The position numbers were made by a program, and so were the translations under genes. From the NCBI GenBank assembly GCA_009602735.1, contig WELA01003054.1, positions 302,555 through 366,554 of the forward strand: a DNA stretch of 64,000 nt, given 5' to 3'. This DNA is from Mesotaenium endlicherianum (taxonomy: Eukaryota). This document shows, piece after piece, positions 1 through 11,000 of this stretch. The notes beneath the pieces were generated by a model. The model ran no database searches, was not told where the DNA came from, and was given only the letters and a program-made list of their open reading frames with translations. Numbering within the stretch: the stretch's first letter is position 1; every line of letters starts with the position of its first letter.

Positions 1-1855
1 CCCCCCCTCCCCCGCCGGGAAGACGTTCTCGGCGCGGGGTAGGAGATGGACACCAGCACACACGCACACACACACAAACACACACACACAGGACCCTACT
101 CCACCCACACACATTCACAAACATGCGAACGTCATCGATGCATGGAGGTTACCCAATCGGCATCATCTGTAAGCCGAAGACTTCTGAGGGACCTGCAACC
201 TCATGAGACCTTCTCCTTCTAAACCAGAAGCCCTCATTTCCTGGGGGGAAGCCTAAGCCTGAAGACTTGAGCACAACGCCCTTCAGGGTCACCCTTTCTT
301 CTCTGCAGGCGCTGAGGCAGCAGCCCCCTGGCAGTACAGATCAGGCGCAGGTGCACACGGCCGTGGGGCTGGCAGCTGGCACAGCCAGCCAGAGCCACCC
401 AGCCAGTCAGTCAGGCAGGGGACTATGGGGTGACCTGAGAATGCGCGCCTCTGCTCTCTCCCTGCTCATGATACAAGGGGCCCTGAGGGCCGGGCTGACT
501 GAGCGAGCCCTTGACTGCGCGAGTACAGCAGCAGGGAAGGATTTCTGCAAGGAGATGGAGAGAGAGAGAGGGATGACCAGAGGCAGAGAGCGGGAGGAAG
601 CGCTTCTGCAAACGTACGCCTTGGAGAGAGCAAGAGAGAGTGCAGGAGGGGGAAGAAGACGAGGGGGGGGGGGAGCAGCACGAGGTAGGGCATTGTGTGC
701 GCCTGTGTTTCTGTGAAAGACTAAGAGAGAGAAGAACTCTCCACCCAAGAAAGCACACAACCCCACAAAACCCCCCCCCCNNNNNNNNNNNNNNNNNNNN
801 NNNNNNNNNNNNNNNNNNNNNNNNNNNNNNNNNNNNNNNNNNNNNNNNNNNNNNNNNNNNNNNNNNNNNNNNNNNNNNNNNNNNNNNNNNNNNNNNNNNN
901 NNNNNNNNNNNNNNNNNNNNNNNNNNNNNNNNNNNNNNNNNNNNNNNNNNNNNNNNNNNNNNNNNNNNNNNNNNNNNNNNNNNNNNNNNNNNNNNNNNNN
1001 NNNNNNNNNNNNNNNNNNNNNNNNNNNNNNNNNNNNNNNNNNNNNNNNNNNNNNNNNNNNNNNNNNNNNNNNNNNNNNNNNNNNNNNNNNNNNNNNNNNN
1101 NNNNNNNNNNNNNNNNNNNNNNNNNNNNNNNNNNNNNNNNNNNNNNNNNNNNNNNNNNNNNNNNNNNNNNNNNNNNNNNNNNNNNNNNNNNNNNNNNNNN
1201 NNNNNNNNNNNNNNNNNNNNNNNNNNNNNNNNNNNNNNNNNNNNNNNNNNNNNNNNNNNNNNNNNNNNNNNNNNNNNNNNNNNNNNNNNNNNNNNNNNNN
1301 NNNNNNNNNNNNNNNNNNNNNNNNTGACAGGAGGGGGGAGCGGCGGGCGGGCGGGCGGGCGGGCGAGCAGACGAGTGTGAAGCTTCCGGGCAAAGCATCC
1401 AAGCGAGCGTGCAATCTCTCTGCATGCTCGCTCGAGGAACTCTCAGCCTGCTGTTGCTGCTGCCTCGTCTGGGCAAGGGGCCGAAACCCTGTCCCCTGTC
1501 CCCTGCCCCCCAGCATGCTCACATAGACATTGCACACGGCACGACGTACAGGGAGGGCATGCAGCGCTGTAGAGAGCAAAGAGGAGCGAAGGAGAGGCTC
1601 AACCTCTTTGCAGAGAAGAGGGGAGGGAGGAGAAGAGAGGAGAGGGAGAGGAGAGGGAAGGAGGTGAGAGGAGAGGGGAGGAGAAGAAAGGAGGCTGACG
1701 GTCTTTTTTTAGGGGGGGGGGAGCACCCAAATGTCTTGGCTCTCTCTCTCTCCCCTTCAGGGATTAGAGGAGCGTGGGGGGAAGAGAGAGGAGGAGGTGG
1801 AGGGATGGGAAAGGGGGAGGCAGGGGGGGGTTTTTGGGAGGGGCGGGGCTGTTAC

Positions 1856-4800
1856 CTGGAAGGCGGAGTTCTCGGTGCTGCTGCCCATCCCGAACTCGTC
1901 CATGTTGGTCTTGCCCACCAGCACGGCGCCCGCGCTCCTCAGCTTAGCGACGGCCGTCGCGTCGTAGGGCGGGCGGTAGCCCTCCAGGATGCGCGAGCCG
2001 GCCGTGGAGGGCATGTCGTGCGTGCACAGGTTGTCCTTGGTGGCCAGCGGCACGCCCACCAGCAGCCCCAGGGAGGACGCATCCTGGCCCTCCGCCAGCG
2101 CTCGGTCCACCGCGGCCGCCTGCTCCAGCGCCCTCTCCCTGCATCCAGGTGGCAGCAGCGGCAGCAGCAGCCAGCTTGATGATCTGAGGGGGGACGGTGG
2201 TGGTGGCAGGGGTTGGCGGGGGGTGGTGGCGGGTCGTCGACAGGAATTAGGTGTTTAAGGGTATTCGCTCAGGTGTTCAGGTTTGCCTTTTGAGGGTAAC
2301 AGGGGGCCGCTTGTGGTTTCAGGGACCATGTGGGGCTCGAGGTTTATTTCTCTCTTGCAAGATTTTTAGGGAGGGCCTGCCTGGAGGCGCTTCGCGCACT
2401 CGCTGCCTGAGCGGAGCGGCCGGCACAGGAGGGTGGCAGACTGCAGCCAGGAAGATTAGGGTTGGGGTTTTAGGATTTCGAGGTTTGCCATTCTAGAGGG
2501 GCCTGGCAGCTCTTCGCCTCCACGGCTTGAGCAGCGCGCCCCGCCCACCGCTGCAGCAGGTTGAAGTTGGGGGGCATCTCAAACCCCGCCCTCCTTGCAG
2601 GGCTTACTTTCCAACAGTGAGAAAATAGGTTTTGGGTCTGGGGAGAGAGCACAGAAGTCCCCTCTCAACAGTGACCAACGACAAGAGACGACTGCCTGTT
2701 CCACGGGGCTCACCGCCGCACATTTTGTGACAGCAGCGGGGTCGCTCACACTAGGGGGGCTGGGCTGCCTGGGCGGCCGCAGAGGTCAGTTATTGAAGAA
2801 GGAAAGCTAGAGTTAACCCTCACACCCCGAACCCGCTGGGGCTCCCTCCGTCGGCTCTTATCGGCTCCAGCAAGACTCTGCGTTCCTTCCCCTCTTAGAG
2901 TGTGCCCACTCAATGTGGAGGGTAAGCGTGAGTCTTTACGCGGCTCCCGGTGGCTTCCACAGGGGGGGGGGGGGGGGNNNNNNNNNNNNNNNNNNNGGGG
3001 GGGGGGGGGGGGGGGGGGTTCTTCTCCCTTCCCGGGCTAAGCCTGCCCCGGCTATCTCGTGAAAGAGGCACACACCTCCGGGAGAGTTCCAGGGGTGCAA
3101 TGAGAGACGGCTGCGTATCTCTTGCGTGCACGCTGCTTGCGCCGAAACTCTAAAGGCAGCAAGGGGCCAGCTTAAACCCGAAATCCCGAACACGCTAAGG
3201 GCCGAGCCTAGACGTTGTTTCTCAAACAAGCCAAGGACCTGGCCTAAGCCCTGCTATAACCCGCAGTCAGAGTCAGCGCGCAGAGATGACCACTAGAGGC
3301 ACTGAAGGGCGCAAGGAAGTAAGCGGACGTCCTCTTTTGGCCGACTGAACTACAGCGATCCCCCCGGCCTAAGCCCCAGGGCCAAGAAGCAGAGCCCAAA
3401 CCCAGAATATCCACCAGAGACATTCGAATGCTGCAAGGGACACAAAGCGCTCTCTTCTGTCACCTAAACATCAGCAAAACCTCCCCCCCTCCTCCCCCCT
3501 CCCCTNNNNNNNNNNNNNNNNNNNNNNNNNNNNNNNNNNNNNNNNNNNNNNNNNNNNNNNNNNNNNNNNNNNNNNNNNNNNNNNNNNNNNNNNNNNNNNN
3601 NNNNNNNNNNNNNNNNNNNNNNNNNNNNNNNNNNNNNNNNNNNNNNNNNNNNNNNNNNNNNNNNNNNNNNNNNNNNNNNNNNNNNNNNNNNNNNNNNNNN
3701 NNNNNNNNNNNNNNNNNNNNNNNNNNNNNNNNNNNNNNNNNNNNNNNNNNNNNNNNNNNNNNNNNNNNNNNNNNNNNNNNNNNNNNNNNNNNNNNNNNNN
3801 NNNNNNNNNNNNNNNNNNNNNNNNNNNNNNNNNNNNNNNNNNNNNNNNNNNNNNNNNNNNNNNNNNNNNNNNNNNNNNNNNNNNNNNNNNNNNNNNNNNN
3901 NNNNNNNNNNNNNNNNNNNNNNNNNNNNNNNNNNNNNNNNNNNNNNNNNNNNNNNNNNNNNNNNNNNNNNNNNNNNNNNNNNNNNNNNNNNNNNNNNNNN
4001 NNNNNNNNNNNNNNNNNNNNNNNNNNNNNNNNNNNNNNNNNNNNNNNNNNNNNNNNNNNNNNNNNNNNNNNNNNNNNNNNNNNNNNNNNNNNNNNNNNNN
4101 NNNNNNNNNNNNNNNNNNNNNNNNNNNNNNNNNNNNNNNNNNNNNNNNNNNNNNNNNNNNNNNNNNNNNNNNNNNNNNNNNNNNNNNNNNNNNNNNNNNN
4201 NNNNCCCCCCCCACCGGCTAAGAAGCTTTCATATCCATGGTGCCAGCTTATCCCTGAAAGCTGGCAAGCCGGGAGCCCGGCGCTGCCGTGCGGGGCCCAC
4301 GCCGTCCGCCAGCCCCCAGGAGTCACAGGGCACCAGCCACAGAGCTAGGGGACGGCGCAGGGGGGGACACCTGGCGACGTGCAGGAAGCTCTTGACGTGG
4401 GGCTCTGTGGCGTCGATGCGCTCCAGGTACTCCTCTGTTACTTGCACCGCCGACTTTTCTCGGGTTTTCAGGGACGTCTGCATGCAGAAAGTGCCACACG
4501 CTCACCCCATGCATACACATACACACATACACATTCCTGCGCATGCATGTGTCGGAACATGCACAGGCTTACTCACCGTGGAGTTGCAGCCCCCGTCTTT
4601 ACGGGCCCGACACGAGCACGAGTGTGCTGGTACTCAAGAAACTTCCTGTTGGGCAGTGCTAAACTCTTCCAACGAGGGAGCACTCTCCCCCTAAACCCTA
4701 TATCCTGATGCAGATGCTTCCACGCCTCCACCAGGTCTCAGAGTTTGGACGGATTTCCAACTTCCCAGTGGCCGATGACTTGCATTTCTAAAAAAAGGCT

Positions 4801-5331
4801 TGTTTGATGATTGATGAGACAGAGAGTCAGAAATCTAGGGCAGAAGATCACCTGAATCTTTCGAATGACTGATGCAGGCCTAGAGTCTGTCACGACAGGC
4901 GCTTCAGCGACAGCATTGACACTGAGAGGTCGTCTAGTGCTGTGACCAGTACCAGACTTTGAGTGCTTGTTAACGGAGACGAGTTCACAGGTAGGAGCCA
5001 ATGGCGACCTCAGGAAGCTAGTTTTATCAGGATCGCTTGTAGCGTTAGAAGCAGAGATGCTCCTGCTGAAGAAAGCACTAGACGCCGAATGCGATGCGGC
5101 ACACTGTGAAGGGAACAAGCTGCTCCGTAGTAGCTTGTGTGCATTATAACAGCTCGAGGCGGAACTGTGTGAAAGGAATCGCTGCATTCTGCTGAGTTTG
5201 AAGGACCTGTTAGAGGAATAATTGGTCACAAAAGTATTTGTCGTCTTCTTACTATGCAGGCCTATGGCTGTAGCCTTGGCAGGACATAGGTTTAGCTGCA
5301 GGCCGGCTACGTGTCCGACTGTGTGGGCCAT
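1856..5331 (-). CDS. GATA: Glutamyl-tRNA(Gln) amidotransferase subunit A, organellar (5' part; gene continues toward/past the window start)
   Basis: Exons 5331-4852 (Ser-rich transit-peptide-like N-terminus), 4477-4371 and 2138-1856 have GT-AG borders. They join in frame as ...[56 protein letters not shown]...[67 protein letters not shown], the amidase-signature/GatA motifs. Later exons are not visible (gap or outside the window). Confidence 0.9.
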
Positions 5332-5520
5332 GACATCACCAAGTTAGCATCAGAGCAGGCGCAAGGCAATCCTTCCACGATTATCACTGATCACTCCAGC
5401 TCTCCATGCGAATTGAAAGGACCGTGTTAGTTGCTTCGGGTTGGGTTGAAGTGCATCGAAGGACGTCGACGAAGAGCCAGTTGCATTTGTTGCTTGCAGG
5501 TTGGTTGTAGTTGCTAGCCA

Positions 5521-5556
5521 GATCAAGCAAGATCAAGTGAGATCAAGTGATCAAGC
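5521..5556. repeat. Short imperfect tandem repeat of GATCAAG (4 copies) upstream of GATA
   Basis: gatcaagcaa gatcaagtga gatcaagt gatcaagc. Confidence 0.6.
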
Positions 5557-5610
5557 CACATTGTGCAATTCAGTCCATTTAGGTCAACGTTAAGTCGTCC
5601 ACGACCAGGT

Positions 5611-5630
5611 TGGCATGCCTAGGCATGCCA
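5611..5630. repeat. Perfect 20-bp palindrome TGGCATGCCTAGGCATGCCA in the GATA/RDR divergent intergenic region
   Basis: Sequence equals its own reverse complement. Flanking inverted arms AAGTCGTCC (5592-5600) and GGACGACTT (5645-5653). Confidence 0.8.
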
Positions 5631-8061
5631 GTGCTTCTAACTCAGGACGACTTGGAGACCTTTGACTTCCAAAATGCGTTTTGCCACCTTTTGACGCTGC
5701 TTGGAGAAAGTCTCGAGCAGTCGTACCACGTGATCAGAATTGGTGGCAGTCTGTTGCGGCCACCATCTTGATTCTTGAGGCTTGCACTACCTGCTTCCGG
5801 CCATTTCCGGCTGACGCATGGCAGCATCTGGGTCTCGGACACTTTGGCACGCTCGACTTTTAATTGCTCACGCTTGCTCACACTGGCAAGGTCTTTCCAC
5901 GCTTTACCTCGAACTACATGGAATTGCATCATACTGGCATCGACGGGCATCAACCGGCATCAGCCTCCTATGCGGGTTCTGTCGGTATCCTCGTGACAGT
6001 GCATGGGCTTCTGCAGGACGAGTGAAGCGAGCATCGCAGCACTCCAATTAAAGAGCTGTGGCAGGAGTGCATGAGCACGAGAGTCCCACTAGCTTGGAAT
6101 CCACCACCCTAGTGTTGTGAACAATCTCTGAGGAAGAACAAAATTGGAGGCTGGCTGACTACGATGAGGGGAACTATGGACCTTTCAGATCACCCTTACG
6201 CTATAGATATTGTAGGCTAGCTTGTTTAGCTGGGGCTGCGACTGCTGGGGCTGCTGCAGTGCAAAGTCATCGGCAGGACAACTTAAGAATTGCGCGAGCA
6301 GCTTAATAACGTAGGCTATATATAAAATCCTGTGACAAGAAAAAATGTAATTAGCCAGCCAGGCCTTACCTCACAACAGGCCAACAACGGCTTGGGAGAC
6401 CGACCAATCGTGGCACCGTTAGTTTAGAGACACAAGCAATTGGGTCGCCTGTCTCGCTCATCCATCATACGGGCAGCGGAGTCAAAAGTCTTAAGCACCC
6501 ATGATAATGTTAGTCTAGGCTCTTACTACGTAGGCTTGTTTGAGTGATAATGGGGCTTTCTAGGCTCTGAGGTTTGCCTGCATTGAGCTAGTTGACATGT
6601 AGTTGTATTCTAAATATTTAGGCTGCTCAAGCAATTGGTACAAACGATGATCTAGGGAGCGTCATTCTACTCACTCGCATAATGTAGTGAACTACCTGTG
6701 AGGCATTTGATTCTGCCTTGAAAACTAAAAAATTATGAGTACCAGTTATACATTCAATCCTGCTTTGTGAAGTTTTGTGCGCTGACTCTGTATATATGAT
6801 TCTAAGTTTCGATGAATGGGGAAGCCTTCAACAAGCATGGAACCACTCCTTTCTCCACTTCACTTCATCCAGTCGATAAGAAAGTTTTGTGATGGAATGG
6901 ACGACTTTGCACTCCCGTTGGCTTCTTGGAAAAAGGACAAGTTGAAGAACCATCCTCTGGATGTGCAGCTTTTGCTGCTACAAGTTGTGGAAAGGTTCAG
7001 CAAAACAAGGAAGACATCCTCACATGTTGTGTGGTATGTTGTTCATAGTATGAGATAGTTGTAAAACGTGACCATTGTAATTCGGACTACCTCAACCATT
7101 TACCCAAACCAAAGAACGGCTTCATCCCTGCCCTCCACCTGGGGGATGACAAAGGTGCTCTACCAGACAACCACTGGTCATTGATTGGCTACCCAGAAAG
7201 GTTTCTGGATCCGCTTTCTTCCGTAGAGGGTGTTACCAGCTGGTGCGGGCAAGAGCTGAGAGAATTTAAGTTGCCAGGAGTGCTCTTGAGAGAGCAAAAA
7301 CTAGCCCAAAGTTTCACGGCCTCAAGGTCACCAGTCTCATCAGTGATGACACCCAAAAAAATCTCACAAGATGGTGGTGGTGGGAGCGCGAAAAGCCGCT
7401 GCTCTGCAGTAAGCTCAGTGGTAAACCCGGGTGGGAGCTCTCAATCATCAGCTTCGGGACCTGAGGCCAGGATCAGCTCAAATCGCTCCCGGGGGACTGC
7501 AGACACTGCCTCTTCCAGCCAGCCTTTGAGGGCATGCTGGGAATATCCTGATGCTGAAAACAGAGCAGGTTGCAGCATTTGGCGGGCTGGAGTGGACCAA
7601 GAGGGCGCTCTTTGAAGTTATTGCTGGCCAGTATGCATCGCCGCCCATGCATGCTCTCACGTTTTGAAGTCTGTGCCGCGTCTCGAAGGGAAGTACTTTG
7701 CTAGAGCTGGCAACAACCTGTGCTTCATAGCCTGGTGTAAAATTGCTCAACATCGTGACAACTTATTTCTCCATCATGGTGGCTGACTTGAACCTAGATG
7801 GAGGAGGCGAGTGAAGCTCTCTATGTCGTATCTTTGCTTACTTCTCGAACGCAAACTGTCCTCGAGTGACATGTGTGAATGGGGAGTGTGCTTGTCGTTT
7901 GATTCTAAACATTCTCCTTGGAGGGGGTCACTTTGCTGCAGATCCTGCACTTTGCAGCTCAGAAGGGTGCTGCGCTGATTGTTATCATGGCCAGCTTGCA
8001 TGATTCCCCCGGCATCTATTCCTCGTGGAGGTACGGATGCTGACTGACTGGAGGCTGCACG

Positions 8062-11000
8062 GTGCTCTCCCTTAAGAAGGTCCTTTGCTGGGCCAAAGTA
8101 ACATTTCTTGGAATGGCGGGACTTTTGCGGGTGGTGCGCGGGCGCAGCACAGAGGAGGTGGACTCTTTCAGTGTCGAAGAAATCCATAGGTGGAGCCAGG
8201 TGGCGCCTCCCGTGCTCCTCTCTGAGCTTCTGCGCCTCGTCCCGCTCACCTCAGCATCTCAGAAGGTGAGCTGCCCCCGTCTGGATGTCAACTGATCAGG
8301 GGCTACTCCAGCAATTTAAAAACATAATAGCTTCTTCATTCTTACATTTTACGTGCTATCTGGCCCTGGAAGTCCCCGACTGCACGTTTACAAGGTGCAT
8401 GAGGCCCAAGCTTTTTGCATTTGAAGCTTGATCCACCCGGCTGGTTCCCATGTCTGGCCTCTGCAAGTAAATTCTTTTAGGGCGGCCGTACTTCATCTGG
8501 CGCCCGAGCTCGAGCCCGAGCCCTCAGGGGGCGTTTCTGCACGTCACCTCTGTTCCTGCTCATGCTTGCTTTGCTATGTGAGCAGATTTTGCTGTGAGTC
8601 ACCTTGATTCCTGTGCATACTTGCGTTGCGGTGCAAACGCCGTGTCTCACCTTGTTTTATGTCATTGCTTTGCTGTGTGGGAAGGTCGCTGCCGGTCACC
8701 TCTCATGCTGTATGTAGCCAGTGTGAACAGGCATCACACACATGCACATCCCACTGCATGCTCCTGCAACCAGGGGACACCCGAGCTTGCACCATTTTCC
8801 CTCTGTGTCATTTACACTCAATTTGATATGGGAGTTGTTGTCGCAGTTGGTCAAATTATGCGGAAGAACTGCAGGAACTGGCTCGTGTTTAGTCATTGAG
8901 GAACTCGTCAACTCTAGCTGGACAACATGAGGCTGGGTTCGGGGTCCGAGGACATCCATGGGCTGTTGCCGTTGCGGCCACCTGGCACGAGCTCCTTCTT
9001 CTTCCCATTTCCCCCTCGCCTCGTCGGCCTACCCTCCCCACTTTCCGTCTGGCTGAGCTTTGCCGAGCTTGGCTCGCACTCGTCAGTTTATCGTGTCTCT
9101 GATCTCGCCGTCATTGCTTGCACCGTGCACGCAGAGGACGGCAGAGAAATGTGCACGGCCGAGTTTGAGAAGAGCGGCTTCTTGGAGGCCCGTCTGTCCA
9201 CCCAGGGCACGTACTCCCTGGTGAGCCTGCCAGCTGCTCCACGAACTCTCTGCAAGCCTCCGCCTTGTGTGTGGGTGCCCTCTGCTGGTCGCTGCGGACG
9301 GACTGACTGACAGACAGCTCTGACTGATGGGCTTTGCTTGCGCCCGATCGCTTGACCTTGTCCAGACGCCACATTGCACTGCCTTCTGTAGCCGTCATCG
9401 TGTGTGTCACACCTTCCGCTCATGTTTCAAGGCATGCATCACATTTTTCTGTTGGGCTGTGCAATGTGATTGATCTCAAGTCTGATCAAGTGCTTCATAC
9501 TAAAATCTATCTACCACGTGTTTGTTCTGAGCTACGCCCAGTTGCCCCTCTTTTTTAGCTGGATTGTGATGCGGGGTGAAGCAGGCCATTCAAAATGAGC
9601 GGATCGAGCTAGTTTCGCCCAACCCGTGGCTCTCATTTGCCTTGGCCTGAATTCCGCCCTATCGTGCGTGTGCCCACCATGACTTGCTTGCCCTGTGAGC
9701 CCTTCATGCCAAGATTCAAGACTGTGTGGTGCAGCGCACGCGGACAGACAAGCTTGCGCTTCAAAGTTTACGAGCGGCGACGGCCTGTGAGTGTGTCCTC
9801 TTGTGCACGAGCAGGGAGTGGCACAGGACAAGGGCAACACAGTGGCCCACAGGGAGCTGGGCAGCCAGAGGGTGCTGGTCATCAAGCTCCTGGGGTGCGG
9901 CAAGGACGACCTCGACGTGTTCTTCAGGGACGTGCTGCGTTGCGGGATCGTGATCGGCCTCTGCCGCTTCTGCAACTTTGGTGAGTCCGCGCAAGCTGGC
10001 CGTGTTCGGAGGTTTCACACGCGCCCCCTTTCAGCCTCTGGCTATGTGCAGCGTGAAGTATGTCACCTACAGGGCTGTCTGCTGTGTGCTGTCTCTACGC
10101 AGGAGGCTAGGTGCTGCTGCCTCAGTCTGATATAGTGTCCATCCCTACTCCTCTTCGCCTGTCTGTTGCAGTGCAGTGTCGTGCGTCGGGCTCTCGCTCG
10201 TTTTCGCGCACAGCCATGACCCCACTGTGGTTGCTAGTGATCTGATGGAGCACACAAGGAGCTGCAGACAAAGCAGACGCAACTGGAAGGATATTAAGTC
10301 TGTACCTCCGAGTCTCACCTCCGGCTGTGCCTCCTGTGCCTGAGCCCGTGAGTGAGGAACATGTGCCAAACAGGCCCCGGAACTTTCACCTGAGCCCAAG
10401 CCTGGCGTGCTCAGAAGAAGGTGCATTCAAATCTGCTTGGCAGGGCGCGGACAAGAAGCAGGCGGGCGCAAAAGCATTCCTCGTGGCTGTGCAGTCGACG
10501 GCCGCCTACGACGCGCAGCACCCCCCTCGGCAGCCAGCCTATCGCAATGAGCACTCTGTGCGTGACTACTTCGGCAACTTTGGCGGCTGCCCCACCGTAC
10601 GCCAAATGACCGCCAGGTGTGCGCGCGCACACACTCACGCCCTTGGGCCTCTCCACACTGCTGCATGTGGCGCGCAGGCTAAACATGCTATCTGTCAGGT
10701 GGAGCAAGCAAAGTTTGAGTGAGTGGAGAGTGTGCGTGAGCACGTGCAACACGCCTGCCCGTCATCCAGGTGATTTTTAGCGTCGAGATTTCAATCATTG
10801 AGCGGGAGGTGCATGAGGCCAGAAATTTCCCACGGAAGAGTGAAGGTACTCGCACCCATGCTCCCAAAGGGAGCGCACGTGCTGTCACTGTTCAGAAGGC
10901 TTGCACACATGTGTAGATGATTGAGACGGGGACCTGTGGCATGTTAACTTTGGAGCTTCAAGGCACGCAACGTCACGCAGGCCGCAAAGACATTGTGTTT

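Noticed and set aside
407..4348. Long ORFs of 250-390 aa containing X runs
   Set aside because: Artefacts of N gaps; the gaps border poly-G/C runs and are sequencing dropouts
5611..5630. Resemblance of the palindrome to a p53 response element (RRRCWWGYYY x2)
   Set aside because: Green plants and algae lack p53 and the terminal bases mismatch; coincidental
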